Shown one piece after another: positions 1 to 14,182 of a stretch of 64,000 bases of DNA. This DNA comes from Octopus bimaculoides. Its lineage: Eukaryota. Every line of letters starts with the position of its first letter. The first letter of the stretch is position 1. The notes below the pieces were generated by a model. The model worked only from the letters and a program-made list of their open reading frames with translations, was not told the DNA's origin and made no database searches. The stretch is from assembly GCF_001194135.2 (NCBI RefSeq), contig NC_068988.1, forward strand, positions 96,035,740-96,099,739, given 5' to 3'. The position numbers and the translations under genes were made by a program.

Positions 1-170
1 CCAAGAGTCTCAAGCAGCCATGTATAAATACTTCTTTTCCAATTTAATTTTATTCTGTTGTTTTCTTTAAGCTTTTTACTGAGATTATAAAGAAATAATG
101 AAGCTACCTAAATCCATTTTACAGCTCTATACTTTCATGTAGTGAATTTTGGACCATTGGTGACAGATAA

Positions 171-392
171 CTCTTTCGTTACCAACCTGGCTGAGACCAC
201 CTCTAGCTCTGAATACAAATGTCTTATTTTCATAAGTTTTGAATAAAAATCTTACACCAAACTTTAGTCACAATTTATGTTCCTAACACTAGCTGAATGA
301 TATAACTAAGTTATTTTACTAAAATCGTTGTTATATTTAAAGTAATTGAAAGAAACACAGAGCATCTCGAAATAAATACAGTAACGAAAGGG
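171..392. mobile_element. piggyBac-type MITE family 1, copy a
   Basis: TIRs c(c/t)ctttcgttac / gtaacgaaaggg, flanked by ATAA and TTAA; matches the inverted copy at 10259. Confidence 0.8.
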
Positions 393-1416
393 TTAAACTG
401 TGAGTCAAGATTTTAGAATATCTAAAATTGACCAATCAATCTGGTACACTTGCTGTGTTATTAAGTAACTTGGTCAAAATCCTCTGAGTATCATTCTTTA
501 ATGAAACTAAGTTTTAATCATTAATACGCTTAAGTGAATGATTGCAAATACTATGGTTTAAAAAAATAAACTCATTTCTCAAAACAACCACCAGCTGTTT
601 GTAACAATTTTATATTCCCCAACAACTAAGCTGCTTTAGCTAATTAATGAGATAGATTAACAAAAATGATAATTAAGAAAAGTATTAATCTCATTGGTCA
701 AAAGTGTTGATTCATGTCGCTTGTAGTGTCTTCATATTCCTGCAAGACAACTAATTTCTCTTTTACTACATGAGCACTAACTACCATAAACAAAATGAGT
801 GAAATGGAGCAATATTATTGTCTGGAATAATCCAAAGGCCTAGTTTTAGGTGAGATGACACTAATGGTGATAATATTTAGGTAAGTAAAGAATTCCTCTT
901 TACCAAATAGGCCTTGATTTCCTTAGGGAATTCCTGTTTCAGTCAACCAAGACAATTCTATAAGTCATCATGATTGTCAGAGCTCCCCTGTCAGTAATTT
1001 TGTTAAATTACAGACTGTCACATTAAGTTGACAGCATACAACTACTTTATCGTATCACTACTGCATGCATAAATCTCTGAGAGATTTAGTAATGTATTAT
1101 TTCTATATATGTATATATATATACTTGAAAATGGATGCGTGGCGTTCGATCATATAATAATATTTCGAAACGTGGAGTAGATAAAACATTATTCTTTAAG
1201 TTAGGACTTCCTTCACCAGCGCCAGCACTTCCATTTTCCCATGCTTGTATGGGTCAGAGAGAATTTGCTGAGGTAGATTTTCTACAGCCAGATACCCTTC
1301 CTGTTGCCAATCTTCACCTGTTCCCATGTAAGATAATATTTTACCATTGCTAGACATGTTTCTCACAGAAGACTGGAAATGAATAACCTTGCTCATAGCC
1401 ATCATATGATGCCTAC

Positions 1417-1456
<40 letters not shown>

Positions 1457-1471
1457 TTTCCATCTACTAAA

Positions 1472-1598
1472 TCTACTCACAAGGCTCTGGCCAGCCTGGA
1501 GCTATATTAGAAGACACTTGTTGAAGGTGCTGTTCAGTGGGACTGAACTCAAGATCATATGGTTGGGAAGCAAGCGTCTTAGCCACACAGCCACGCCT
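1472..1598 (-). mobile_element. SINE family A head fragment
   Basis: gctatattagaagacacttg...gggactgaactc...ccacacagcc. Confidence 0.65.
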
Positions 1599-2489
1599 CT
1601 GCCTCTACTACGGTGATGATATATCATCACAAATTCACAAGAGACAGGAGTGCAGTGATATGATGTCTATACATCCTTCAGCATCATTATTGGATGGCAA
1701 ATTCCTGCAGACATTAAAATGCAATTCCATATTTTTACAACAATGGTAAAATATGAAGTTACAACCTTTACACCTTTTAAAAGAGAATTAGTGATGCAAA
1801 TGTTAATGAAATAATGGTTTACAAAAGAACAAGATGGCAGCAGATCGTCTGTCTGTTTGATCTGAGCCTAAACAACAACCACAACCTTTACATCTCACTG
1901 ATAAAAGCCTCTTCTGATTCATTCCGGTACATCACCATTCCTTAACTTTTACTGGTTCTCATGATGGCTTCTTTTCCTAATGTCTTCTTAACTATAATAA
2001 TCAGCTTGACTATCAACTGTTTGTTTTGTCTCAATTCTCTTTTAATGGATGTGAAAAATAAATTTGGAAATATCTCTTCAAAAAAAAAACCAAAAAAAAA
2101 AAACCAATGTTCTTTAAGCAAACTAACCTCGCTTGATGTAGCTTTAACAGATTATCTTTAACAAATCTTTCATATCCTCTTTTTCACATTTGTGTGTGTG
2201 TGTGTGTGTTCTTATGGTTGTCTGTATGTGTTAATATGAATATGTAAGTTATCAAGACTCCATCTCACTGCATCAATGTTCATTCTAATCTCTGATTTAG
2301 TGTGTGTGTGTTTGATGGAGGAGGATGAAGGGGGGGGGACGTTATTGAGATAAAAATAGATATCCTTTCAGATTGCCTTCTGTGAGATAAATGCTATTAA
2401 TATTAACACACACACCTTGAAACTAGTGATGATACATTTTTCTCATTGGGACTATTTGTGAATTACATGTACACACATATACACACACA

Positions 2490-2590
2490 TAAATTTTGCC
2501 AGATCAGATTGGAGCCTTCTGGCTCGCCAGTCCTCAGTCAAACCGTCCAACCCATGCCAGCATGGAAAGCGGACATTAAATGATGATGAT
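2490..2590 (+). mobile_element. SINE family B 3' fragment
   Basis: ccaacccatgccagcatggaaagcggacattaaatgatgatg. Confidence 0.75.
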
Positions 2591-2831
2591 TATATATATA
2601 TATATTGTGTGTGTCTTGTTTTTCATTTGTGTCTTTTATTGTTCGAGAAAATAGTTCATATTCCATGTACTTGTACTTCATACTTTTTTGTTGTACACAT
2701 TTCATGATGTCCTGTGCCCACATATGCATATATATACGTTTAGATGTAAATATGTACATATAATATTATATATGCATATTATTATATGACTGAATGCCAT
2801 GCATCCTCTTCCAATTAAGTTTTATCTACCT

Positions 2832-2832
<1 letters not shown>

Positions 2833-2916
<84 letters not shown>
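2833..2916. repeat. (TA)n microsatellite
   Basis: About 40 perfect TA units; many other (CA)n, (GA)n, (TA)n, (AAT)n and (CAT)n tracts occur across the window. Confidence 0.95.
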
Positions 2917-2919
<3 letters not shown>

Positions 2920-4304
2920 CCTACATATATGTATGTACATTGCCATGTTGACATTTATTATTGGTGTTCTGATAACAGTAATTTCTTTTGGGTTGGGTTT
3001 AATAATAGTAATAACAAGTAGTCTTGATGATTGCAACAAGAAAGATGGAGTGGAAGTGGCAGCCAAGGCACCGGCAGTGGTGATGGTGGTGTAGTACATA
3101 ACCTTTTTTGTGGTGCTGGAACTGTAGTAGTAGTAGTAGTAGTGTTGGAAACACTGGATAGGTTAAGAACTAACAATAAGCTTCTCACATTGGTGCATAA
3201 CCTCAATCCAGTGTACAATTTATACTTGTTTTTTTGACCTGTAACTTACAAAAAGAACAAATAAATAAAAAGTTATGATTTGAATTTAGTGGGGGTGGGC
3301 ACCGAGAAAGCTTCTTGGTGCTCTTACCATTTTTGACTATCTAACCTTTGCATATGATGATGATGATGTCGGAAAATAGTAAAGATAACCGAATCGACCA
3401 GTACATGACTGATCTCATTGCTTCCTATACGATCCCTGATGTGGAAGCACTCCCAGATGAGAAAGTAGCCTTAGAGAAGTTTGGTCTCTACATAATCTCT
3501 CTCATATAAATGAAGCAAAACAGAAGATTCTGTGATGGTTTTGCTTTTCCCAACAGATTTTGGTGACATAATTCAAATGGAATCTTAAGAATTGAAAACT
3601 GAGTCACATGTTCAACTTAAATGTCTCCTCTCCAATTAAATCCTTTCATTGGCACCAGTTGCATTTATAGAGGGGGGGGTATGTTTTATTGAGTTAATTT
3701 CCAGTGTATTACTGGTGGTAGGACAGATGATGGAGCTGGTAGAGTTAGACAGTTAATGGAGGAATTGGCATTTTGTATCCTGCTATCATCACTGTCTTAC
3801 AAATGGACAGAACACTTCAATCTCAAATGACCCGGTCCTCCTAATTACAAAATAGGAACAACTCTTTGCTCAAAGCAGCCATAGTGTTGTCAGAGTGGCA
3901 GGCCATTAGCTTGTAGTTCCAGGTTCAATTCCTTCTGTGCACTTGGAGAAGCAATGGCAAAAAATCACTGCAATGTGGAATCATTCCATGAAGACCAGTT
4001 CTTCAGTTTGTTACAGTGAAAAGTGTTATGAGACACTGTAGTGACAATGGTAGAGTTGGTGCCTATTTTATTGGCCATTTAAGGAAAGAAAGACAAAGTC
4101 AAGGTCAGACGAGTTTAAAACAAAGAAAGGAGGGACTAAATATCACAAGACATTTTATCTGAAGCTCTTCATTTTGCCATCCCTTTTTTTTTTTTTGCCC
4201 CCAAAATAAAGTTTGTCTCACAACCAGAAACTAATGGAGGAGCTTCTACATGGTCATTCAACCTGCTAGAAATAACAACCAAATATTTCAAAATCAAACC
4301 TAGT

Positions 4305-4467
4305 GCAGGACTGGCTGTGTGGTACGTAACTTGCTTACCAACCACGTGGTTCTGGGTTCAGTCCCCCTGCATGCCACTGTGGGCAAGTGTCTTCTATTAT
4401 AGCCTCGGGCTGGCCAAAGTCTTGTAAGTGGATTTGGTAGACGGAAACTGAAAGAAGCCTGTTGTAC

Positions 4468-4499
<32 letters not shown>

Positions 4500-4697
4500 T
4501 TGTTTGTTCCCCCCCCCCCCCAACATTGCTTAACGTCTGATGCTGGTGTGTTTACGATCCCGTAACTTAGCGGTTCAGCAAAAAGAGACCGATAGAATAA
4601 GTACTAGGCTTACAATAAGTCCTGGGGTCAATTTGCTTGACTAAAAGGTGGTGCTCCAGCATGGCCACAGTCAAATGACTGAAACAAATAAAACAAA
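4305..4697 (+). mobile_element. tRNA-derived SINE family A
   Basis: Head ggctgtgtgg..gggttcagtccc, internal (TA)n(TG)n, tail atggccacagtcaaatgactgaaacaa; matches copies at 27241 and 39875. Confidence 0.85.
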
Positions 4698-6196
4698 ATT
4701 TAATAATGCATTTGATAATTTACTTAGATAAATGCACTGTCTTCGTCATTTAACATCCTTTTTTTTTCTCTGCTGGGTTTGAGAAGAACAAACAAGCCAA
4801 GGGGTTTTATCTCTGTCTGCTTTGGCATGGCTTCTACAGCTGGATGTCTTTTCTAACACCAACCACTTAATTACTGGGTGTTGTTTATGTGGTATCAGCA
4901 CCAGTGAAGTCACCAAGTACCCACAAGACCCCCCAGCTCAACTGAGTTGGGTATAGACTGGAGGGACCAGAAACTATCTGGAAAAAAACAAATGGATGCT
5001 CACAGCTGGAGCACCCTGTTCATAGTGCTGCTCGGTGACAGCTGACCTGGGGCTAAACAACAAAATAGAAAAAAATCATTTTTTTTTCTCTTCTTTTTTT
5101 AAGTGGGTGGGTTTATGGATTACGAAATCTGTCATCGTACAACATGGCATCTGCTTTGCTGGGCACCAACTTCTTCACAACTTGTTACTAAACCATTTAG
5201 AGTTCTAAGTGTTTTTATGTACATTATTAGACCCCAGCAGGAAATAGACATAAATCTGAATTTGCTTTGACAACTTCCTGTCTAAAAAAAAATGCATGCC
5301 ACAAGCGATTCGGTTTGTTGCCAGTTTGAAGAAACCATATCTACTTCTGCTATTTGTCAAACAGTTTTTGCTTTCTGCTAACTGGCCATACCAGAATATT
5401 CTTGCTTGGGCAAATCTCTCTCTCTCATGGCAAATATTTTGCATATAAACAGAACATTAACGCAAATATAAAAGAGTATCAGGAAACACAAATTCACTTA
5501 ACATCTTTTATATTTGCTTGGAGTCCACTCTTTTACTTTCAATGCAAAGTTTATTTAAGCAATTTTTTTAATAATATATATCTAAAGATGTGCATTTGGG
5601 TGTTGAAACAAGAAAAAGAAGAGAAAAAAACATTTAATATGTGCAGATTGTCTTTCAAAGCTGAAGTTTCACTGTCACTGCTCAGTTCCATCATTATGTA
5701 AGAGGAGGCGGAGGAGGAGGTGGTGGTGGTGGTGTGTTTTAGTATATTGAACGGTCTAGGTTTAAATAAATATCCAAACCAGTTCCTGTAGAGGAGCAAT
5801 TTTTAATAAAATGGTTCTATTAGTGTGTATTTGCCAGTCCAGAGATTGAGGGCATTTAAAATGGCAGGTTTGTTTGATTTAATCACAAAAGGTTTTTCTC
5901 TTAACTGAAAAACAAGCAAAAAGAAAATCACTAATTGGTTTAGAAACCTGTTATACCAATCAATATTTTATTGTTTTGTATGGCTCTGCAGAGTTGATTC
6001 CATCAATGCTATCCTTCTCTACCACAAGCATAAGCTCCTGCACTCGTGTAGGTCTTCATGTTCCTCGACCAAGTGTTCATATCATATACAAACTGTTGTA
6101 TCGACTCAACGTTACTTGCCTGAGATTTCCTGTATGTTTTAAGAAGCCATTTTCTTATAGTTGGCACAAAATATTTGAAAACTGTAGGTGATATTA

Positions 6197-6394
6197 ATCA
6201 TCATCATCATCATCATCATCTTTTAACGTCCGTTGTCCATGCTGGCATGGGTTGGACAGTTTGACCAGGGCTGGCACACTGGAAGGCTGCACCAGATTCC
6301 AATCTGATTTGGCATGGTTTTCTATGGTTGGATGCCCTTCCTAATGCCAACCACTCCAATAGTGTAATAGGTGCTTTTACATCCCACTGGCACA
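6197..6394 (-). mobile_element. SINE family B
   Basis: (CAT)n tttaacgtcc...gcccttcctaatgccaaccact. Confidence 0.8.
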
Positions 6395-9300
6395 GTTGGA
6401 AGGGAATGAGGGGTGGGAGGGGTCACCTGTGTAAAAAATGGGTGCTATTGGATGTGGCAGCAAATCATTGATGTCTGATGTTAGAAGCTTCTCTTTTTTT
6501 AGTTCCACATGTCCAGGTAACAATGTAATGAGCATCTGTAAGGATGATGTTGATACTTGGAAGTGAAGAGNNNNNNNNNNNNNNNNNNNNNNNNNNNNNN
6601 NNNNNNNNNNNNNNNNNNNNNNNNNNNNNNNNNNNNNNNNNNNNNNNNNNNNNNNNNNNNNNNNNNNNNNNNNNNNNNNNNNNNNNNNNNNNNNNNNNNN
6701 NNNNNNNNNNNNNNNNNNNNNNNNNNNNNNNNNNNNNNNNNNNNNNNNNNNNNNNNNNNNNNNNNNNNNNNNNNNNNNNNNNNNNNNNNNNNNNNNNNNN
6801 NNNNNNNNNNNNNNNNNNNNNNNNNNNNNNNNNNNNNNNNNNNNNNNNNNNNNNNNNNNNNNNNNNNNNNNNNNNNNNNNNNNNNNNNNNNNNNNNNNNN
6901 NNNNNNNNNNNNNNNNNNNNNNNNNNNNNNNNNNNNNNNNNNNNNNNNNNNNNNNNNNNNNNNNNNNNNNNNNNNNNNNNNNNNNNNNNNNNNNNNNNNN
7001 NNNNNNNNNNNNNNNNNNNNNNNNNNNNNNNNNNNNNNNNNNNNNNNNNNNNNNNNNNNNNNNNNNNNNNNNNNNNNNAGGTTAAGAATACAGTCTAATC
7101 ATTTAATTGCTAAAAGACTTGTCTTTATAAAAACATTTTGTTCTACAAACACCATTTTACATGTTCTTCCTATACAACTGTTTTGATTAACTTGCAGGTT
7201 TTTCTGTTATTTTTTTCCTTTTTTCTTTTTGCATTTTTGTTTTTGTTTTTTGTGTGTTGGTGGTTGATAAGCTAAAATAGAAATATGATTCATTACGGTC
7301 AATAAAGCCAGTGTTCCACATTTGGTATTGCTTAGAAACAAACTTGCCAGACAGGTACTACTTTGTTTTTCTTCGTATTTATGAAATTCTGGCAAAAAAA
7401 AAAAAAAAAAAAAAAAGTTGGTTATTCAACCCATCAGAAATGTTAATTGAGAGAGAGACAGAAAGAGTGTGTGTGTGTGTGATTTTGAGTAAACTAACAA
7501 ATTAAGTCCAATATCGCACAACCTAGTTAATCTTTAATTAGATGTGTGGGAACAATCAAGGGTTCCTAGATCCTCCTTAGACCAATAAATTACTTGGTAT
7601 CAACAGTTAAATCTGCCAACATCCCATCATTTCTTCTCTAATGAATGACCTAACTTAAAACTGGTGTCGACCATGTTCGGTTGGTGCTTTTTATGTGCCA
7701 CTGGTACAGGGAGCCACGGACAGTCCACACTCATCCTTCGTTAACAACTCAATGACAGCACAATGATTCTGCTTTGAATCCATTATTTGCCAGCAAAAAA
7801 AAAAAAAGAACAGGAAAAAATGTTACTCTAAGGAATAATTTTCCAACATGTGAAGAATGGATAACCTATATCAGTTAATAAGAAAGGTTATGCATATTTT
7901 TGCACTCTGTGTGTGAGTTTTTGACTTGCATTCCATTGTATGGAATGCAAGTCAAATTGTTTAAGGCATCTTTTAAAATATAATTTTCTTTTCTCTTATA
8001 TAGTTACATTTGTTTCTGTTTTTTTTTCCTTTTTTACTTCATCCCTCACCACCACCATTGTTTTTCCCCCCTCCTCTCATTCTGTATCCTTATTGTCATT
8101 TTTTCACTTCAAGCTGCTTCTTAACTCCTATTTACTTTGTTCTGCACTCTTAAACACTAAAAAAAAACAAAAAAGTCATGTGCTGCACCTAAATGTACCC
8201 ATTCCAGTGATGATAATGAATAGCTAGCACCTCTCTCTCTCCTTCTGTCTCTCTCTCCTCCTCCTCTCTCTCTCCCTTCCTCTCTCTCACACACACACAC
8301 ACACACGCAAGTACAAGATCTTAAGCNNNNNNNNNNNNNNNNNNNNNNNNNNNNNNNNNNNNNNNNNNNNNNNNNNNNNNNNNNNNNNNNNNNNNNNNNN
8401 NNNNNNNNNNNNNNNNNNNNNNNNNNNNNNNNNNNNNNNNNNNNNNNNNNNNNNNNNNNNNNNNNNNNNNNNNNNNNNNNNNNNNNNNNNNNNNNNNNNN
8501 NNNNNNNNNNNNNNNNNNNNNNNNNNNNNNNNNNNNNNNNNNNNNNNNNNNNNNNNNNNNNNNNNNNNNNNNNNNNNNNNNNNNNNNNNNNNNNNNNNNN
8601 NNNNNNNNNNNNNNNNNNNNNNNNNNNNNNNNNNNNNNNNNNNNNNNNNNNNNNNNNNNNNNNNNNNNNNNNNNNNNNNNNNNNNNNNNNNNNNNNNNNN
8701 NNNNNNNNNNNNNNNNNNNNNNNNNNNNNNNNNNNNNNNNNNNNNNNNNNNNNNNNNNNNNNNNNNNNNNNNNNNNNNNNNNNNNNNNNNNNNNNNNNNN
8801 NNNNNNNNNNNNNNNNNNNNNNNNNNNNNNNNNNNNNNNNNNNNNNNNNNNNNNNNNNNNNNNNNNNNNNNNNNNNNNNNNNNNNNNNNNNNNNNNNNNN
8901 NNNNNNNNNNNNNNNNNNNNNNNNNNNNNNNNNNNNNNNNNNNNNNNNNNNNNNNNNNNNNNNNNNNNNNNNNNNNNNNNNNNNNNNNNNNNNNNNNGGA
9001 TTTCTCAGAATTGTTGATAAAAGAGAAGATAAACAGACAGTTGGGCCCTTTCACTGGTAACCTCAGCCCCCTCCTAATTTTCCCATCAAAGTTTGATGCT
9101 TATCCACCAACAGATTTTATCTCTTTTTAGCAAGGGGGTGGGGAGTATCTTTCAGTTTATATCAGACAAATATTTGGAGGTTTTTTGGGGTTTTTTTTTT
9201 TTTTTGACCAGATTGTTTTTTTTCCATCTTTTCTCCTCTTTGTTCTTTCGATTCTTCCCATTGTTCTTCCCATTCTTAGATCAACAATACTGCATGCACA

Positions 9301-9819
9301 TCTTTTGATTCCATATTACTATTACCTGCCTCTCGCTATCACCATCAAATAAATGGAGGAATTGTCTTATCCTTCAGTAGTTCTGTTACATCCTCCCAGA
9401 GTTGATAAAATAAGAACCGGTCATACATGGATTCTTGATTGATTCCAATCAGTTAAACTTCCCCCCCCCCCCCGCTAAAATTTGTGCTTTTGTTTCTCAG
9501 GAATTATAATTGTAATCAACATTGTCGTTAATCCTTCGTTTACCCCCCACCCATTCCCCACAAGGGGTGGGGAGCTTCAGCCTCAATTTCCATTGTCCCT
9601 CTTTGCACCTGGCTCCCTCTTGCTATGTTCAGTGATCCTCCAGATAATGTTACTCTTACTTAAATATGGTGTCATGTTGCTGTTGTATGCATAACAAAAC
9701 TGGTTTCAAAACTGTGCTCTGACACCTGTGTTGTATAACCTTCTACACATGTATAATAATAATAATAATTAATTAATTTGTTTTATTGGCCACAAGGGCT
9801 AATATCAATTAAAAACATG

Positions 9820-10155
9820 TATAATAAATGCCCTGATGCAGTAACAGGCAGTGGCTCTCGTGGCTTCTGATCTTAATTGATTGGAAGTGTTATCATGTAC
9901 ATTGTTTTGTCCTGGTATAAAAGATGGGCTACAGCAAATATTCTGCTCAATACCACAGATTTGCTTGTCAGTTGTTTGACCGTAACCAGTTGAGCATGTC
10001 CCTTGGTGGCTGACGATATGTGCATCTCTGATCATGAGCAGAAATAGTGGGGGAACATCATAGCCATGTGTTGAGAGAAATTCTTTGGGGTTTGGACAAT
10101 TAACCTTTGGATACATAGGTTTCGTTCAACATCCTTAAACGAACCTTATTCATTA
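9820..10155. repeat. Interspersed repeat family F (unclassified), copy 1
   Basis: Reverse complement of 50447-50720 (gcagaatatttgctgtagcccatcttttatacca). Confidence 0.75.
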
Positions 10156-10258
10156 TTATTGTTGATTTATGAATTATTTTCTTTCATTAATTTTTTTCTA
10201 ATTTAAACAATTATTTTTCCGCATTATTTTTGTTGGGTTATCGACTAGCTTACCTTAA

Positions 10259-10478
10259 CCCTTTCATTACCGTATTTCTGTTGAGATGCTCCATGTTTCT
10301 TTCAATTACTTTAAATATAACAAAGAATTTAGTAAAATAACTTCGTTATCATTAAGCTAGTGTCAGGAACATAAATTGTGACTAAGGTTTGGTGGAAGAT
10401 TTTAATTCAAAACTTATGAAAACAAGACAGTTGTACTCAGAGCCAGAGCCGGTTTCAGCCAGGCTGGTAACGAAAGGG
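10259..10478. mobile_element. piggyBac-type MITE family 1, copy b
   Basis: TTAA-ccctttcattacc ... ggtaacgaaaggg-TTAA; 220 bp. Confidence 0.85.
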
Positions 10479-11199
10479 TTAAAGCTTCTAGTCTACCAAG
10501 TTGATATCTCTAATTCATGTAAAATTTACAAATGAATAACAAATGAATTTGCACAATGTGTTTGTGTGTGAGAATCTAGTTTAATATTTATATTAAATCT
10601 GTTTGAAATATGAAATATGTACGATCCTTTTTTTACTTCTGTAATAAAAATAATCAAAAAAGGAAAGAAAATTGCTTGCAATTATTACTTTATTAGTTTC
10701 CTATTTGGTTCGTGTTTTCAAGACCTACTTATGTCCGGTAGTAACTATGTTACTAACTGATGGAATAAGTACTTACTAAAAGCTCATTATCAATTAAATG
10801 CTTGAGGCAGCCAGTTGCTATGGTTGTAACTAGTTTTGTAACTACACCTTTCCTGTCTTTTGACTTTCTGTGGGTGTGTCATAATTAGTAAATCTGCATT
10901 CAGATGTTTCATAAAGAAACTCTTTTTTCCATTCATAGACTTTGTCAGAAACTAACCGTTTGTAGATGATCAGTGAGCCGTAGAAAGAGAAAATGGGTTG
11001 ATTTGTAGAAAGTTTCAAGTTGTGTAATAAAATACAACAACAGGTTAGAAAGTACAATGAGAATCAGAGTGGTTATGAAATGTTCCATTTTCATTTTATA
11101 TATCATCATCATCATCATAATCCACTTTTCCCTTTCACATAGGTTAGATAGAGTTTATTGAGGTTAATTTTTTTTCTACAGCCAGATGCGTTTCCTGTC

Positions 11200-11244
<45 letters not shown>

Positions 11245-11247
<3 letters not shown>

Positions 11248-11670
11248 TCACCATCATTTAACGTCCATTTTCCATGCTGGCATGGGTTGGACAGTTTGAC
11301 TGGGGTCTGAGAAGCCAGGAGGCTGCACCAGGCTCCACTCTGATCTGGCAGTGTTTCTACAGCTGGATGGTCTTCCTAACACTAACCACTCAGAGAGTGT
11401 AGTGGGTGCTTTTTACATGCCACTGGCACAGGGGCCAGAGGGGGCTGGCATTGACCACGATCGGTTGGTGCTTTTTACATGCCACCAGCTACAATTTCCA
11501 TTTGATTTTGATGTACTTAACTCAATAGGTCTCCTCAAGCATGGCATGTCGCCCTACGATCCAAGGTACTTTTGAGTGGGCCGGTTATGCGACACTGGTG
11601 TACGTTACAGCTTTGAACTCACTTTATTTGCTGGGTTTTCTCAGTCACAGCATATCTCCAGAGGTCTTGA
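11245..11670 (-). mobile_element. SINE family B, long copy
   Basis: Same tail plus extended 5' portion. Confidence 0.78.
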
Positions 11671-11884
11671 TAGATATATATATATACATATACATATTAG
11701 ACAAAATGAGATAACAAAGCCAAGGCTAATATATATATATGCATGGTAATACAAGACCTACATTAGACTCCTCACTTGTATCAATATCGAACCAAGAGTT
11801 TAACTATGGTCTCTTCACAGCACTTACTTAGCGTTACCTGCCATTCTTTGGGTCTTCTAGATACCAATACCTCTCATACCCTCG

Positions 11885-11920
<36 letters not shown>

Positions 11921-12122
11921 TGAGGTTTTTTTATTCTTCTGACAAATATAAGAAACAGAAAAGGACAAGTGTTTTAAGTTGCTCTCAATCAAAAAAAAAA
12001 AATTTTTTTTTAAATGAAGCCCAATCTTATCAATGTAATCGTGTTAAATAAATTAAACTATATTGAACAGATGTTAGTTTACTGATAAACATTTCATTTC
12101 AAAGAGAAAATCCTGGTCCATT

Positions 12123-12162
<40 letters not shown>

Positions 12163-12421
12163 ATTACACTTTTTACATTTGCCTTGGCATTTAATTTAAG
12201 AAAATACTTATTTAAGAAGATTAAAATGGTAAATGTTGTAGCATTTGTGCTTAATTTCCTCTCCCTCTCTCTAAGATTCTTTCTGGTGGAATGAGTCCAT
12301 TCTTCTTCACTAAATCATCCAAATGTTGACTGCACCATTTCAACAGTTTGACATTTAGATGTAATTGAATATGTCTGGGTTTGTACTTCCACTGTAGACC
12401 TACCACTCATTCTCACGCACG

Positions 12422-12460
<39 letters not shown>

Positions 12461-12935
12461 TTACGTGATAGTAGATCGCAACTTTATGGAAGCATCAATT
12501 CCTACCAATTTAGTTGCTAATGTTATTCTACATTGTAAGGTTGAATTGAAAATCCTTATAAAACTTCCAAAGCTAATTGACATATGCTAATTACTTCATA
12601 TTCTCTATCCCTTTCGTATTCACACAATATATTCAATGTATTCATAGATAAAAAATACACACGTGTAGTGTAATTACTAGCCTCCTAGTCACAAGTTCAA
12701 TTCTAGGTGCATCTACTTTGATGTAATTAACTTAAACCCACAGAACAACTATCTAACAATGCTCTGAAATGTCTTTACAATGAGACACATACCTGTCTTC
12801 ATTCAGTGTCTTATTTATGTCTTCAATTCTGTTAGCATAAAATGCTATGAAAAATTATTTGAGTAGTGGAATATATTCTATCTTTTGTAAATTTACCAGT
12901 TTACTATTGAGTAGAGAATACTACTCGACATCAAA

Positions 12936-12980
<45 letters not shown>

Positions 12981-13533
12981 GTATGTATGTATGTATGTAT
13001 GTATGTATCTATCTAAATAGTATTGCATAATGCACCTAATCACTTAACATGTTATTTGTTTAACCCTCAGTATTTAAGCTATGATTGACCAGAAGTCATT
13101 CTTTTTTTTTTTTGTAAACCATGCAGAGTGGGATCTAAAGAAAACTTCACTACTACTTGCATAGAAGCTCCGTTTTTTTTTTTTTTTTTTTTTTTTNNNN
13201 NNNNNNTTTTTTTTTTTTTTGTTTTTTTTTCCACGATTAATCTCTGTAAATTATTTTCAGTGCTACTGGAACAGCTTACTTCCATATATTGCCTTACTGA
13301 ACTTTTCCATCTGTAAACTTTTTCGTTAATGTCTGGCTTTTAGCCTCCTCTGTTATTATAAAATGTTTCGTTAGTGGAATGTTTTACCCAATCTATGTCA
13401 CCATTCACATGGAAAACCTATTTTAAGTTTTAGACCAACATTGTCTTCTTTATATTTTATTATATTATTTATCTTGTGTTCTTTTTATTTTATTTTGGCT
13501 TTCATTCAGACTCATTCAAAGCAAAATATTTCA

Positions 13534-13883
13534 TAGCTGGGGCTGGTGCCCCCTGACTGGTTCCCGTGCCAGTGGCACGTAAAAAGCACCAACCGATCGT
13601 GACCGATGCCAGTACCCCCCTGACTGGCTCATGTGCCGGTGGCACGTAAAAAGCACCGTCCGAATGTTCATTGCCAGGCCAGCCTTGCTGGCTCCTGTGC
13701 CGGTGGCATGTAAAAAGCACCCACTACACTCTCTAAGTGGTTGGCATTAGGAAGGGCACCCAGCTGTAGAAACCATGTCAAGTAAGACTGGAGCCTGGTG
13801 CAGCTGCTGGCTCTCCAAATCTCAGCCAAACCGTCCAACCCATGCCAGCATGGAAAATGGATGTTAAACAATGATGTCGATGA
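13534..13883 (+). mobile_element. SINE family B with RTE-like 3' tail (..catgccagcatgga..gttaaa(gat)n)
   Basis: Three internal gtgccggtggcacgtaaaaagcacc units followed by the shared tail; see copies at 2490, 6197, 11245, 17735, 51372, 54386. Confidence 0.8.
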
Positions 13884-14182
13884 CAAGGCGGAGCACATGG
13901 TATAATTACAAGAAAGATTTCAGCTTGCAGTACCAACTACTCTTTTGATAAAACTCTAATTTACAGCCAAGTGACATGTGCTGAAAGCTTTCTCTTTCAT
14001 TTCATTTCATTCTTTCCAAAAAAAGAATCAGAATTCTTTCATGTTTCAAGCTTTACCTCAATCGGAATATTACCTTCTTTCCCCTGTTTCCTGTGTAGAG
14101 AATTTTATAATTTAGGAAAGAATCTTTATTCTTCTGCTATTATATTTCAAACTATCCTTGTTTTTATTCTTTCCTGTTACAG

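Noticed and set aside
850-886. 31-nt AG..GTAAGT candidate microexon
   Set aside because: It ends in phase 2 and cannot join the phase-1 WW exon; it might be a UTR exon but has no support.
3354-3509. 51-aa ORF MMMMMSENSKDNRIDQYMTDLIAS...
   Set aside because: It starts in a (GAT)n tract, part resembles the family E SINE end (gtggaagcactcc), and it has no convincing donor or homology.
5647-5697. 51-nt candidate exon with gtaaga donor
   Set aside because: The phase-1 reading would create TAA at the junction with exon 14183.
13565-13722. CRISPR-like repeat-spacer appearance
   Set aside because: Eukaryotic SINE-internal repeats with mutually similar spacers, dispersed in many copies, and no cas genes.
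1-14182. Upstream dystrophin exons (DMD exon 61 equivalent, spectrin repeats)
   Set aside because: No phase-compatible exon with recognisable similarity was found; it may lie in the gaps at 6571-7078 or 8327-8997 or outside the window.
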